The translations under genes were made by a program, and so were the position numbers. The notes beneath the pieces were generated by a model. That model saw only the letters and a program-made list of their open reading frames with translations. It did no database searches and had not been told where the DNA came from. A DNA stretch of 63,916 bases, filler included, from Candidatus Sysuiplasma jiujiangense (GTDB taxonomy: Archaea; Thermoplasmatota; Thermoplasmata; Sysuiplasmatales; Sysuiplasmataceae): assembly GCA_019721075.1 (NCBI GenBank). It is 4 parts of 3 records of this genome, joined end to end, with 100 filler letters (N's around TTAATTAATTAA, not from the genome) between each part and the next. Parts side by side here need not be neighbours in the genome. Positions count along the whole stretch, not along the records: positions 3,500 to 29,865 come from JAHEAD010000010.1; positions 29,966 to 56,913 come from JAHEAD010000002.1; 2 more parts are not named here. One strand, written 5' to 3'. Below are positions 28,418-37,900 of this stretch, piece after piece. Numbering within the stretch: the first letter of the stretch is position 1; each line of letters begins with the position of its first letter.

Positions 28418-28618
28418 CAGACTGACGGTTACAATTACTCATATAATAGACTTGATGGTTCCGCCGGGAGCCCGTTGCCTGAAAGGTTGACAGCCGCGGC
28501 ATTATTTCATGGACAGGGTATCGCTGCAGGGAACCCGGTTTTGGTCTCCCGCATGCATACATAGCGTCTCTTCGGCCGTCTAGCAGCGGTAAAATATGCG
28601 TAATTCACTTCACTCCGC

Positions 28619-29683
28619 ATGAACAGTACTGACATTGACTCGGAGGAGACATTCAGGTCAATTGACAGATCCGGCATGATCAAATCAATCATTTCGCTTC
28701 CTTTTCAGCTGGAGAAAGGCTGGGAGATAGGAATCGGCAAGCCTGGAATTTCATCATTGTCCAATCCAAGATCGTTCGTAATTTCCGGAATGGGCGGATC
28801 GGCAATAGGAGGGGACATTTTCAGAGACATTGCAGGGCAGCTCACAGATTTTGATGTGATTACCAACAGAAACTACTCGCTTCCAAGGAACGTCGGGAGA
28901 GAGGCACTGCACATCGCGATCAGTTATTCCGGCAATACGGAGGAAACAGTATCGTCGCTGAAGGATGCAATCGGGCGCAAAATTCCAACCGTTTCCATTT
29001 CTTCGGGTGGCGAGGTCGAGCGCATTTCAGCCGAAAACGGAATTATGCATTACAAAATTCCGGGAGGACAGCAGCCCCGGGCTGCTGTAGGCTTTATGCT
29101 GTCCTGCATTATTGCCATCGCCGACAGGCTTTCCGTTTATGATTTCAGGCCGCTGATGATGGATGCCATTCAGAGCGTCAGGGAGCGGATTGCGGCCATG
29201 TCTCCCGAAGTCCCGTCGGAAAAAAACGAGGCAAAGACACTCGCCAAATGGCTCTCCGGATTCACGCCCCTGGTGGTCACGACACCGGGAGTTTACTCGA
29301 TTGGTGAAAGAATGAAGACACAGTTCAACGAGAATTCGAAGAAGTTTGCCTGGCTTATGGTTCTGCCAGAACTGAACCACAACGACTGGATTCCTCTTTT
29401 CGAGGATCCCACTGTGTCGAATTACAGGATGGTGCTCCTGACAGAAGCGGACATGAATCCGATGATGAGGAGGAGGATAGGAGTCGTTACTGATTTGCTA
29501 AGGAGGAGAATAGAGATGAAGACATTTACCTGCAGCGGAAAAAATCTTATTGCGGGTTATCTCGGCACAATGGCTGTCGGAGATATGGCAAGCTACTACC
29601 TTTCAGTGCTGGAGGGCAGGGATCCGTCTCCCGTTGCGCCTATCGAAGAACTGAAGCGTGAGATCGCGTCCAGACCGCTTTAA
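28619..29683 (+). CDS. Bifunctional phosphoglucose/phosphomannose isomerase
   Basis: GMGGSAIGG, SYSGNTEET, QPRAA, QFNENSK and PELNHN. Confidence 0.93.
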   Translation: MNSTDIDSEETFRSIDRSGMIKSIISLPFQLEKGWEIGIGKPGISSLSNPRSFVISGMGGSAIGGDIFRDIAGQLTDFDVITNRNYSLPRNVGREALHIAISYSGNTEETVSSLKDAIGRKIPTVSISSGGEVERISAENGIMHYKIPGGQQPRAAVGFMLSCIIAIADRLSVYDFRPLMMDAIQSVRERIAAMSPEVPSEKNEAKTLAKWLSGFTPLVVTTPGVYSIGERMKTQFNENSKKFAWLMVLPELNHNDWIPLFEDPTVSNYRMVLLTEADMNPMMRRRIGVVTDLLRRRIEMKTFTCSGKNLIAGYLGTMAVGDMASYYLSVLEGRDPSPVAPIEELKREIASRPL

Positions 29684-29767
29684 GGTGATGATACAGGAAA
29701 ACAGTCTGCCATCTGTTTTAAACCGGGCATACATATCGCATTTCTCATGCAGGACACAGGCGACGAC

Positions 29768-29865
29768 CTATGGCGGACATAAAGGGTTAGGCAATGAGTG
29801 CCGCAGATACATCAGCTTCTGAAACATGACCGACCTTCCATTCTTGCAGGAGCAGTGTCAGCCGT
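29768..29865 (-). mobile_element. Second copy of the IS end seen at 1-99
   Basis: 98-bp exact reverse-complement match to 2-99; runs into the contig end. Confidence 0.7.
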
Positions 29866-29965
29866 NNNNNNNNNNNNNNNNNNNNNNNNNNNNNNNNNNN
29901 NNNNNNNNNTTAATTAATTAANNNNNNNNNNNNNNNNNNNNNNNNNNNNNNNNNNNNNNNNNNNN
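29866..29965. other. Artificial contig linker
   Basis: 100-bp N-TTAATTAATTAA-N spacer. Confidence 0.98.
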
Positions 29966-30626
29966 TCGTGTGTACACCCGCAGTGAGCGCGAGATACTGG
30001 AAATCGTGTTTCCTCACAGTGCTGTCAGGGAACAGGGACAGCTCCCTGCCGCTCTCTTCCTTCCGTTCCTTCCTCTGTTCAGAGCGCCTGCTCTCATAGT
30101 TGACCTTGACGGTGGAGGGGTCGCCGCTGCCGTCTGCGGCAAATGTGTTCTCGTTACCGTTGCCCATCTCATTGGTTATGCGTAACACCTCCTCGAGTAT
30201 GGGTGTGACTCTGCCAGGATCGTAGCCTCTCTCAATTGTTTTGTACGAGAACTCCGATGAAATGTGCAGCTTCTCGCCAAACACGCGTACGAGTCCCGCA
30301 GCAACCCTGTTGCCCGCTCCGAAGTAGCTCTGGAGCATCAGCGCCTTCGCAAGGTCGCATGCAGGCACCTGCGGCCTTCCCGGACCCGTCTTCACTTCCG
30401 GCGGGCGTTCAGCAATTCTCGCGCATGCCTCATCCACGATATCCCTGATGGAATTGAGCATGTCCGCGAGTTCGTTGATCTGTGCCTCGTCATATGTGGC
30501 CCAGTCCACCGACTTCTTCGGCCTCGCTTCATATGTGAATGTGCCGTTCCTGACCGAGGATGCCACCGCCCTCAGTTCCTTCGACCGGAGATGCCTCCCT
30601 TTCCTGATACTGCTGTCTTCACTCAA
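29966..30626 (-). CDS. DDE transposase, N-terminal part (truncated by contig start)
   Basis: DWATYDEAQ, GPGRP, FSYKTIERGY and AADGSG (probable first catalytic Asp). Confidence 0.8.
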
Positions 30627-30768
30627 TGAACAGGGTAATGAGCAAAGGCCCTTTTCTGCTTTGTGAATGGTTTATTCACAAACGTTAAATTTTCGAGTGC
30701 ATACGTGTGCTCATTGCCGCCGGTGCGACCCGTTTCTGCCGGGCTTCTGAGGAATTTTGTACCAAAAC
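29966..30768 (-). mobile_element. Partial insertion sequence (left end plus 5' part of a DDE transposase; IS5-like/ISNCY-like)
   Basis: Homologous to 57014-57381 through the ORF and leader, ending at GAGGAATTTTGT(A/C)CCAAA(A/G)C, where homology stops. Confidence 0.8.
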
Positions 30769-30921
30769 TGTCGTCGGCTTATCAAGGCTGAAAAGAAAAA
30801 CTGCGAAGAAATACCCATCGGACAAGCAAATTTTAAGAACCCGTCTAATGTATGAGTCAGCGCGGCGCGTTGCCGTCCAGTCTGAAAGCAATACTCAATG
30901 AAAGGATGCACAGTGGTTAAA

Positions 30922-31413
30922 ATGTCGGAAGATAACAGAAAGGACATGGAAGACGGGATCCAGCTCCTCAACGAGGGCAGGGCAGAGGAAGCGGTCAGGA
31001 AATTTGCAAAGGTGATTAAGAACGACCCGAAAAACGCGGAAGCATATTTCTGGAGGGCGGAGGCGTCTCTCGCACTTGCCCAGGTTTCCATAGACGAAAT
31101 ACTCGTGCTTTACAAGAAGGCGATAGAATTTGACCCGGGAAATGCCTATTACCAGAGTTCACTCGGTTTCTTTTGTGCCGAGAACGGGAGATTCAACGAC
31201 GCTGAGTCCGCCTACAACAGGGCTGCGGAACTTGATCCTGATTCCTCCTCGCAGTTCTATTCCGAATTTGCCGCCGAATATGCCAAAAAGGCACCCGTCT
31301 TCATGGAAAAATTTCTGGACGACAAGACGAGAGAAATGATACAGAGGAAAGCGCTGAAATACGCACTTAAATCCATAATGATGGATGAGGAAACTGCAAA
31401 GAGGCTGCTCTAG
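30922..31413 (+). CDS. Tetratricopeptide-repeat protein
   Basis: Three TPR-like units (DPKNAEAYFWRA, DPGNAYYQSSLG, AYNRAAELDP). Confidence 0.88.
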   Translation: MSEDNRKDMEDGIQLLNEGRAEEAVRKFAKVIKNDPKNAEAYFWRAEASLALAQVSIDEILVLYKKAIEFDPGNAYYQSSLGFFCAENGRFNDAESAYNRAAELDPDSSSQFYSEFAAEYAKKAPVFMEKFLDDKTREMIQRKALKYALKSIMMDEETAKRLL

Positions 31414-31444
31414 GAAACGGTTTTAGCCACGAGGAAGTGCTGAA

Positions 31445-31585
31445 TTGAATCTGGAGGGGCTTTGCCACATCTGCGGAAAACCGTCTTTCACTTCATGCAG
31501 AATGTGCGGCAGGATAACCTGCGCCGAACATCTGTCCTCGGCAGGGACCATATGCACCTCCTGCAGGAGCGGAAGGAGGATCTGA
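31445..31585 (+). CDS. 46-aa zinc-finger micro-protein (below the track's size cutoff)
   Basis: TTG start after GAGG; MNLEGLCHICGKPSFTSCRMCGRITCAEHLSSAGTICTSCRSGRRI* has a CxxC/CxxC/CxxH/CxxC pattern. Confidence 0.8.
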   Translation: MNLEGLCHICGKPSFTSCRMCGRITCAEHLSSAGTICTSCRSGRRI

Positions 31586-31615
31586 AAGCCGGGCATCCCT
31601 GACTCCTCGCCCGGT

Positions 31616-32314
31616 TCAGACTTCGAAACCGAGCCACCTCAGGCCATCGACAAAACCAGCACCGTTTACCTTTTCCGATACATACGAAGCTGTTTCCTTC
31701 ACGCCCGGAGGAGCATTACCCACAGCTATGCCGAAACCGCATCCCTGAAGCATCTCAATGTCGTTTTCACCGTCTCCAAAGGCGGCGAGTCTTTTCGTGT
31801 CGATGCCCATCTGCGCAGCCACCTTCTGCAGCGCGCTGAATTTACTGTGATTCCTGCCCTGAATATGAATGGCGAATCCACTGAATTCAACATTGACGTC
31901 AAATGATTTGAGAATATGCCTGATCCTGTCAGGATCTGCACCCGGCTCCAGTGCAATCTCCGTTACCCTCCATCTGTCGGTGAAGAGTCTTTCAACCCTC
32001 ATCTGTTTGCGAAGGAAGTCATAAGCTCTCTGCGGTTCCTTGATGCTGTTCAGGTACTCCACCTTCTGATTGTAATATAGAATTCCGCCGTTCTCGGCGA
32101 TAATGGGTCCGTCCAGCCCGATCATTTTCAGGAATGAATAGGCAATAGGAAGCACATTTCCTGTTGCAAATATTATCCTGTAACCTTCCGAATGGACTTT
32201 CCTGAGCGCTTCAGCAGCCCGGAAATCCAGTTTCCTGTCATTCCCGGTAAGCGTGCCGTCAATATCGGTAACAATGCCCGATATCACTGTTAACCTCTTT
32301 CCCAAATCATTCAA
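31616..32314 (-). CDS. HAD-IIB phosphoglycolate phosphatase (TA0175-like)
   Basis: DIDGTLT, ATGN, IAENGG and FGDGENDIEM. Confidence 0.9.
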   Translation of the reverse strand: MNDLGKRLTVISGIVTDIDGTLTGNDRKLDFRAAEALRKVHSEGYRIIFATGNVLPIAYSFLKMIGLDGPIIAENGGILYYNQKVEYLNSIKEPQRAYDFLRKQMRVERLFTDRWRVTEIALEPGADPDRIRHILKSFDVNVEFSGFAIHIQGRNHSKFSALQKVAAQMGIDTKRLAAFGDGENDIEMLQGCGFGIAVGNAPPGVKETASYVSEKVNGAGFVDGLRWLGFEV

Positions 32315-32448
32315 TCTCCGCTTTGTTTACGGCCGATCGGCATTTCTTATGCAGGCTGTCGGCAAAAACAGCCCGGTAAGGCTCGAAATAATAAGGCAGA
32401 TATATATCGTTGTATCCTCTACTTCATTTGACAACGTTCAGTGATTTT

Positions 32449-32832
32449 ATGATACCGGGAATCGGCAGGGTTGATCCGCGGCAGATGAAGATTGCAATGA
32501 AGCGAATGGGCCTCCAGACCGAGGAAATGGATGATGTGACCGAGGTGATAATAAGGACAGCGTCGAAGGAATATCACTTTGTCAGGCCTTCAGTCGTGAT
32601 GGTCAAAGTGTCAGGACAGCAGATTTACCAGGTCACCGGGGAACCTACAATTTCGGAAGGCGGTGCCTCTGCTTCCGGACAACGGCAGAATGAGGGTCCC
32701 GTAATCAGCCAGGAAGATATCGAACTGGTAATGGGGCAGACGGGATGCACGCCGGATCAGGCGAAGCAGGCATTAATGAAAACTGACGGAAAGCCGGCAG
32801 ACGCCATCATAAAAATACTGACCGGCAACTGA
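32449..32832 (+). CDS. nac: Nascent polypeptide-associated complex protein
   Basis: MIPG...DPRQMKIAMKRMG and a UBA-like EDIELVMGQTG...AII. Confidence 0.93.
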   Translation: MIPGIGRVDPRQMKIAMKRMGLQTEEMDDVTEVIIRTASKEYHFVRPSVVMVKVSGQQIYQVTGEPTISEGGASASGQRQNEGPVISQEDIELVMGQTGCTPDQAKQALMKTDGKPADAIIKILTGN

Positions 32833-32889
32833 GATGAGAAGCTGCCCCTGTGCAGGTTAAATACCAGTGATGATTCTGCCACAACTGAA

Positions 32890-32975
32890 GCCCTGGTAGT
32901 GTAGTGGCCTATCATCCAAGCCTGTCGGCATCAGGCAGATAGCTTGGGACTCGGGTTCAAATCCCGGCCAGGGCG
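32890..32975 (+). tRNA. tRNA-Asp(GTC) with a 13-nt intron at 37/38 (32928-32940)
   Basis: GCCCTGG/CCAGGGC acceptor, CAAGC/GCTTG anticodon stem, GTC at 32924-32926 and GGTTCAAATCC T-arm; the intron forms a BHB (CTGT:GCAG helix, bulges CG|G and AT|A); no encoded CCA. Confidence 0.93.
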
Positions 32976-33547
32976 CAGCCTGGATTTCCGTGCTTATCTG
33001 TATAACAAAAAAGCGTTTCTAACGTCAACTTAGACGCAACGCAGTCGAACGCGGCGATAAACATCAGCTAAATTAACTGGCATGGCTTTTCCCGACGAAT
33101 ACAAGTCGTCTACAGCTTCGTGATAGTCTGATCGCCGGCATTGCAGTCATCGCGGAGATGAATACCGTGGTCATCGGTTCCGTATTCAATGCGGGCGCGA
33201 TCGCGGTAACGGGCAACTCTCTTCCCGCGCACCGCACTTGCCGGACGTCCTCCTCCGCATATTTATCCTGCGGTGTGTTGAATTTGCACATTGTCAGGGG
33301 ATGTGTCCATCCTGAAGACTCCGGCATCTTCCGTTCCACTGTTGGGACGCGTTTCAGGTTGAACAGTAGACAAAAGGCCGGTCAAAACGAATTGCCTCTA
33401 CATATCGCATTCTATTGCCCATATGTTTCATTCACATCCCATCTCCCTGGATTGGCGGTCCGTTCCGAAACTGTGCGGACTATTTCAGCTTTCGATAATT
33501 GTCAAATAAAATGCCTATAAGCCGGGCTAAGATTGGTTGCGAATACA

Positions 33548-34087
33548 ATGAAGGTAAAATTAATTGCAGTTGCAGCAGTGGTTCTGATAGCTGTCGCATC
33601 CGGCGGCTATGCGATTGCCTCCGGGATGTTCTCCCCCGCAAAGGGGAGTGCTGCCGTGTACATCAAGGATCCGCCTCCGGCCAACTGGAGTGCGATATAT
33701 GTCACCATTACCGGCATATCGATACACAATTCCACGAGCGGATGGCACTCTCTTCCGATGTCAACAAGCGGCATCTCTGTCGACCTCGTTAATGTTGCTG
33801 TAATGCCAGAACTTCTGGGCAGCGTCACTCTTCCACCCGGGCACTATCAGATGATAAGGCTGAACCTGAGCGGGACTGTCACGGGCACATACAAAAGCAG
33901 CACCGGCACAAGCACCTACACAATCCAACTTGTCAGTACAACAGTCTTCGTAGCGGGCCAGTTCGCGATAACCAAGGGCTTGACGACATCGATAACGCTC
34001 GACTTCGACAGTGCACAGTCCATACACGGCTCGCCGTCAACGGGTTTCACAATGACACCGGTAGTGGGAGAAACTGTGGGCAAATAG
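33548..34087 (+). CDS. Secreted or membrane-anchored DUF4382-like protein
   Basis: N-terminal TM/signal; YIKDPP, IYVTITGISIH, LPPGHYQMIRL and ITLDFD. Confidence 0.8.
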   Translation: MKVKLIAVAAVVLIAVASGGYAIASGMFSPAKGSAAVYIKDPPPANWSAIYVTITGISIHNSTSGWHSLPMSTSGISVDLVNVAVMPELLGSVTLPPGHYQMIRLNLSGTVTGTYKSSTGTSTYTIQLVSTTVFVAGQFAITKGLTTSITLDFDSAQSIHGSPSTGFTMTPVVGETVGK

Positions 34088-34356
34088 GCCCGGCAGTTCC
34101 TTTCCCGCTGTTCGCATCTGCAACGCCGGAGTCAAACATTCATCGTGGCATGTCGTATTCGACGTCGTAACACCGGGAAGGATGTCATATTCTGCTGTGC
34201 TACTGATGTCATGACGTAGGTGCGGTAATCCAGCGACTTTTCACAGGGCATCTGCTTTGCCTGCAAATTTGGCCTGACTGGGCACCGGCCGATATTGCCG
34301 TTACTGAAATGCTGTTGCCTGAAAGCTATAAATGTGCGGGGCGGATATAAGGACGC

Positions 34357-34659
34357 ATGGCCGAATTCAAGTGCTACCACTGTTCGAGACTGATGATCAC
34401 TGGCGACAAGTTCACCTTCACAAAAGGCGGACCAATCCATCTTGATTGTTTCATATCATCCAGAAGGATGAAAGTGAGCGAATCAAGAGTGGAAGAGCTG
34501 AGGCTGCTCTCATCTGTTCTGGAATCCGAACTGGAGCACCTTGTACTGCTCATTTCAAAGAAGACGGAGAATGAGCATCTCAACCGGCTGATTAAGTCAA
34601 AAATCAAGGAAGTTGAAAAAGCAAGCGGCGAAACAACCAGACTGATATCGGATCTCTGA
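34357..34659 (+). CDS. DUF2175-like small archaeal zinc-binding protein
   Basis: FKCYHC...GDKFTFTKGGPIHLDC. Confidence 0.75.
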   Translation: MAEFKCYHCSRLMITGDKFTFTKGGPIHLDCFISSRRMKVSESRVEELRLLSSVLESELEHLVLLISKKTENEHLNRLIKSKIKEVEKASGETTRLISDL

Positions 34660-34679
34660 GACCTTAGGCGCCTGTTGAA

Positions 34680-35672
34680 TCAGCCGACGATATCCCAGTA
34701 TTCTGAAAGAATACGAATCACATCAAGCAACTGCCTTCTGCCGGCACAGCTGGTATCATAAACTCTGTCGAATCGCGGCCTGAAATCGACGTTGTCGGCG
34801 GCGGAAACCAATCCGCAGACAACATCCGAAAGCGCATCCGGATGATAGCCACCTTCAAGTACGATCGCAACTGGCTTGCCGATGGCCTGAATCATGGAGA
34901 TGCATCGCAGGTATCCGGGTGTGGAAAGTGTGAGCGACGCAAGCGGATCCATATAGTGAGCATCGGTGCCCAGGCTGATCACTATAAAATCCGGATTGAA
35001 TCTGCTCACCACGGGAATAACAACATCCTCGAATGCTACGTCAAAGGTAGAGTCACCCGCCCCTGCGGGAAGAGGTATATTCACGTTGAAGTATTTCCCT
35101 CGGCCACTGCCAATTTCCTCCATACTGCCGGTTCCGGGGTATATACCCATCTGGTGAGTGCTGACGTAGAGCACACTGCCATCGTCATAGAATATTTCAC
35201 TTGTCCCGTTTCCATGATGAACGTCAATGTCCACGATTGCAGTCTTCATTCCCTGCCTGCTCCTTACCGCAACTGCCACGTTGTTGAAATAACAGAAACC
35301 GCCGCCGACGGATTTGCCGGCATGATGACCCGGCGGTCTTACAAGCGCCAGCGCCGTACTGCGGGTTGCCAATGCCTCGGAAACGGAGGAGATCGCGGCT
35401 CCCGCGGCGAAGGAGGCAATATGATATGTTGAGGGATAAACAGGCGTTTCGGGATCCAGACTTCCCACCGTTCTGTTCAAAATGCTCTCGACGTATGGTA
35501 ACGAATGTACGCTGAGAATTTCTGCAGTATCGGCACATTCAGGGACTCTGATGTTGTAAGCCAGCCCTTTCTTCTTCAGTGAATCGATTAACGGGACAAG
35601 TCTCTGCGGCGACTCGGGATGACCTGACGCGTGTCTGTGCTCCAGGAAAAGACTGTCAAAGTAGATGATCAT
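34680..35672 (-). CDS. Histone-deacetylase-family (AcuC/HdaI-like) deacetylase
   Basis: HPESPQR, RPPGHHA, GFCYFNN, DIDVHHGNGT and LEGGY. Confidence 0.95.
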   Translation of the reverse strand: MIIYFDSLFLEHRHASGHPESPQRLVPLIDSLKKKGLAYNIRVPECADTAEILSVHSLPYVESILNRTVGSLDPETPVYPSTYHIASFAAGAAISSVSEALATRSTALALVRPPGHHAGKSVGGGFCYFNNVAVAVRSRQGMKTAIVDIDVHHGNGTSEIFYDDGSVLYVSTHQMGIYPGTGSMEEIGSGRGKYFNVNIPLPAGAGDSTFDVAFEDVVIPVVSRFNPDFIVISLGTDAHYMDPLASLTLSTPGYLRCISMIQAIGKPVAIVLEGGYHPDALSDVVCGLVSAADNVDFRPRFDRVYDTSCAGRRQLLDVIRILSEYWDIVG

Positions 35673-35710
35673 TGTGCAGCTCAGACTGACAACTGCATCC
35701 TTTGAACTTA

Positions 35711-36331
35711 TTACTTTGCCCTGCGATAAAGCTCCCTTGCCAATTCGAGATCCTGCATCGTATCAACATCCATGAGCTCATCGGCGTCAGTCGCTATACA
35801 GACAACATTTTCTCTGTGTGCATTCATCAGGACTTTTGCACCCTTGTCACCCTTGAGTTTCAACAGTTCTGAGAAGCAGGAGGAGGGAAAAAGGGCAGGA
35901 TTCCTGGCTTCTCCATTCACACATGCAGCAACTATCTTTTCACGATCGCAGGCATGTTTTAAAATGATCCTGTTGAGAAGCGCTGAAGAAACCAGGGGCT
36001 GATCCGCCGCAAGAAGAAGCACTGCTCCGCAGCGCGGCAGTTTCTTCATTCCGGCTGCTATACTGCTGCTGAGGCCCTTCTCCGGTTCGCGATTGACAGC
36101 AAACATTACCCTTCCGCCGTAATCCTGCATTTCATCCCATATGATCCTTTTCAGATCTTTGTCGACCACAAACACTACCTGCATGCAAATTGAGCGCACA
36201 CTTTCCAGCAGAGCGTGCCTGAACAGATGCTTCCCGTCAAGAAGCTGAAGAAGTTTCTTATCCCCGTATCTTCTGGAACTTCCGGCCCCCAGAAGAATGA
36301 TGCATGTATCCGAAGCGCTGGATGCACTCAT
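35711..36331 (-). CDS. mocA: Molybdenum cofactor cytidylyltransferase (MocA-like)
   Basis: LGAGSSRRYGDKKL, GLSSSI, ADQP, NPALF, GDKGAK and DVDT. Confidence 0.85.
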   Translation of the reverse strand: MSASSASDTCIILLGAGSSRRYGDKKLLQLLDGKHLFRHALLESVRSICMQVVFVVDKDLKRIIWDEMQDYGGRVMFAVNREPEKGLSSSIAAGMKKLPRCGAVLLLAADQPLVSSALLNRIILKHACDREKIVAACVNGEARNPALFPSSCFSELLKLKGDKGAKVLMNAHRENVVCIATDADELMDVDTMQDLELARELYRRAK

Positions 36332-36340
36332 AGTACTTCT

Positions 36341-36781
36341 TCAGTCCTCAACTGCCTTCCGAAACGATTCCAGGAGCTGCTGAATATACTTGTCCGAAGC
36401 GTTCTGAACCAGTCTGCTCCCCATCGTGGCGGCAAGTCCGCCTATGGTCATGTCAACTTTCCAGCTAACAACCGTCATACCCGGGGCACTGGTTCCGAGG
36501 TCAATATATGCGTGAAAGTCAACGGAGCTTCCGGAACCGGAACCCCGGCCCGACAATTCAGCATGAGTGTTTGGATTTGCATTGAGCGCCGTCATCTTCA
36601 GATTGAATTTTCCCTTTATGAACGAAAGACCGACCTTCACGGACATCCTGATTTCTCCGTCATCGGAAATTTGCAGATTTTCAACATCGGGGACAAGTGA
36701 AGCCATCCTCCTTGCATCCATTAGGAATTCAAACACTTTCTTATCGCCTGCCCTGATTTCGAATGTTCCATCGAACTTCAT
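36341..36781 (-). CDS. coxG: CoxG/SRPBCC domain protein
   Basis: MKFDGTFEI...VFEFLMD...GGLAATMGSRLV. Confidence 0.85.
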   Translation of the reverse strand: MKFDGTFEIRAGDKKVFEFLMDARRMASLVPDVENLQISDDGEIRMSVKVGLSFIKGKFNLKMTALNANPNTHAELSGRGSGSGSSVDFHAYIDLGTSAPGMTVVSWKVDMTIGGLAATMGSRLVQNASDKYIQQLLESFRKAVED

Positions 36782-36960
36782 TGCTTGATCCGCTACAGCA
36801 AGGTCAAATGATATGATATATGTTGCGAAAACCAGACTGAAGTCACAGGCCAGTCAATATGCAGAATGCGACAATATTACAGGCAAGTTCATTTTCTCAG
36901 GGGGTTTGAGAACGGTTTCTGCGAAACAATTTATACAATCTGATGCTTGCAACGTTCGTA

Positions 36961-37785
36961 ATGAAAAATCTTGATTTCATCAAAAGACTTCATGAACTCA
37001 CGGATCAGGGAGTGTCCTTCGCTGTAGCAACTGTCGTCAGAATAGAAGGATCATCGCTGGGCAAACCCGGATTCAAGGCAATAGTGACGGGTGAAGCTGT
37101 CCTCTTCGGCAGCCTGGGCGGGGTTTGCCCCGAGTCTGCCATCGTCTCCACAGCAGAAAAGGTCATCGAAAGCGGCAGGCCAAGAACGGTGAGGATCTTC
37201 CTTGAAGAAGCGGGCAGAGCGATTGCAGGAATGGCAAAATCCGGCAGTGAAGATGAAATATATGTCGAAACCTTTTGCGGGGGGATGATGGAAGTGTACG
37301 TTGAACCTTATCTGCCTTCTGATAGACTTGTAATAATTGGCCAGGGGGGGAAGGATGAAGTGGAAGACGCACTCGTCCGAATGGGCCGTTTCCTTGATTT
37401 TGAAGTTGTCGTCATCGACAGGACACCAGTGCTTTCGGAGCAGCCGGATAAGATACTAAGGGACATAAAGGACGACCTGTCAAATTTCGAATTCAAACCC
37501 ACGGACTTTGTAGTTCTGCTTACCAAGGGCGCATACGATATTCCCGCACTCCTGGGCCTTTCTCCAAGTCAGGTGAAGTACGTCGGAATGCTTGCGAGCA
37601 GAAAAAGGATCAAGGAGGATTTTGAACAGCTCAGAGCCAAAGGGGTCCGGGAAGACTTCCTGGGAAGCATTCATTCCCCGATAGGCATCGATATTGGTGC
37701 GATTTCACCTGAGGAAATTGCACTCAGCATTGCAGCGGAACTCATAAGCGAGAGAAGACGCAAGTCATCGGAAGCAAAGAAATGA
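36961..37785 (+). CDS. xdhC: XdhC/CoxF-like Moco chaperone
   Basis: ATVVRIEGSS, GSLGGVCPE, CGGMMEVYVEP, YVGMLASRKR and PIGIDIGAISPEEIALSI. Confidence 0.9.
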   Translation: MKNLDFIKRLHELTDQGVSFAVATVVRIEGSSLGKPGFKAIVTGEAVLFGSLGGVCPESAIVSTAEKVIESGRPRTVRIFLEEAGRAIAGMAKSGSEDEIYVETFCGGMMEVYVEPYLPSDRLVIIGQGGKDEVEDALVRMGRFLDFEVVVIDRTPVLSEQPDKILRDIKDDLSNFEFKPTDFVVLLTKGAYDIPALLGLSPSQVKYVGMLASRKRIKEDFEQLRAKGVREDFLGSIHSPIGIDIGAISPEEIALSIAAELISERRRKSSEAKK

Positions 37786-37900
37786 AAATTTCTGAAGCAG
37801 GATGATTCTGACTGCGTCTGCGATAGACTGGAGTCAAGCTGCAGTCAGATCTGCACTGTAAAAATTTCCCTTATATACGTGGGCATTATTTCCCTAAATT

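Noticed and set aside
28420..28615. FMN riboswitch upstream of ribL
   Set aside because: Only a small CCTGAAAGG hairpin is present; the RFN consensus blocks are absent.
1..29865. Apparent 30-kb composite transposon bounded by 98-bp inverted repeats
   Set aside because: The two repeats are on different contigs separated by a linker, and both are the same IS end facing out of the contig.
32976..33540. Integrated element downstream of tRNA-Asp
   Set aside because: No integrase and no duplicated tRNA 3' end found in the window; the short ORFs there look non-coding.
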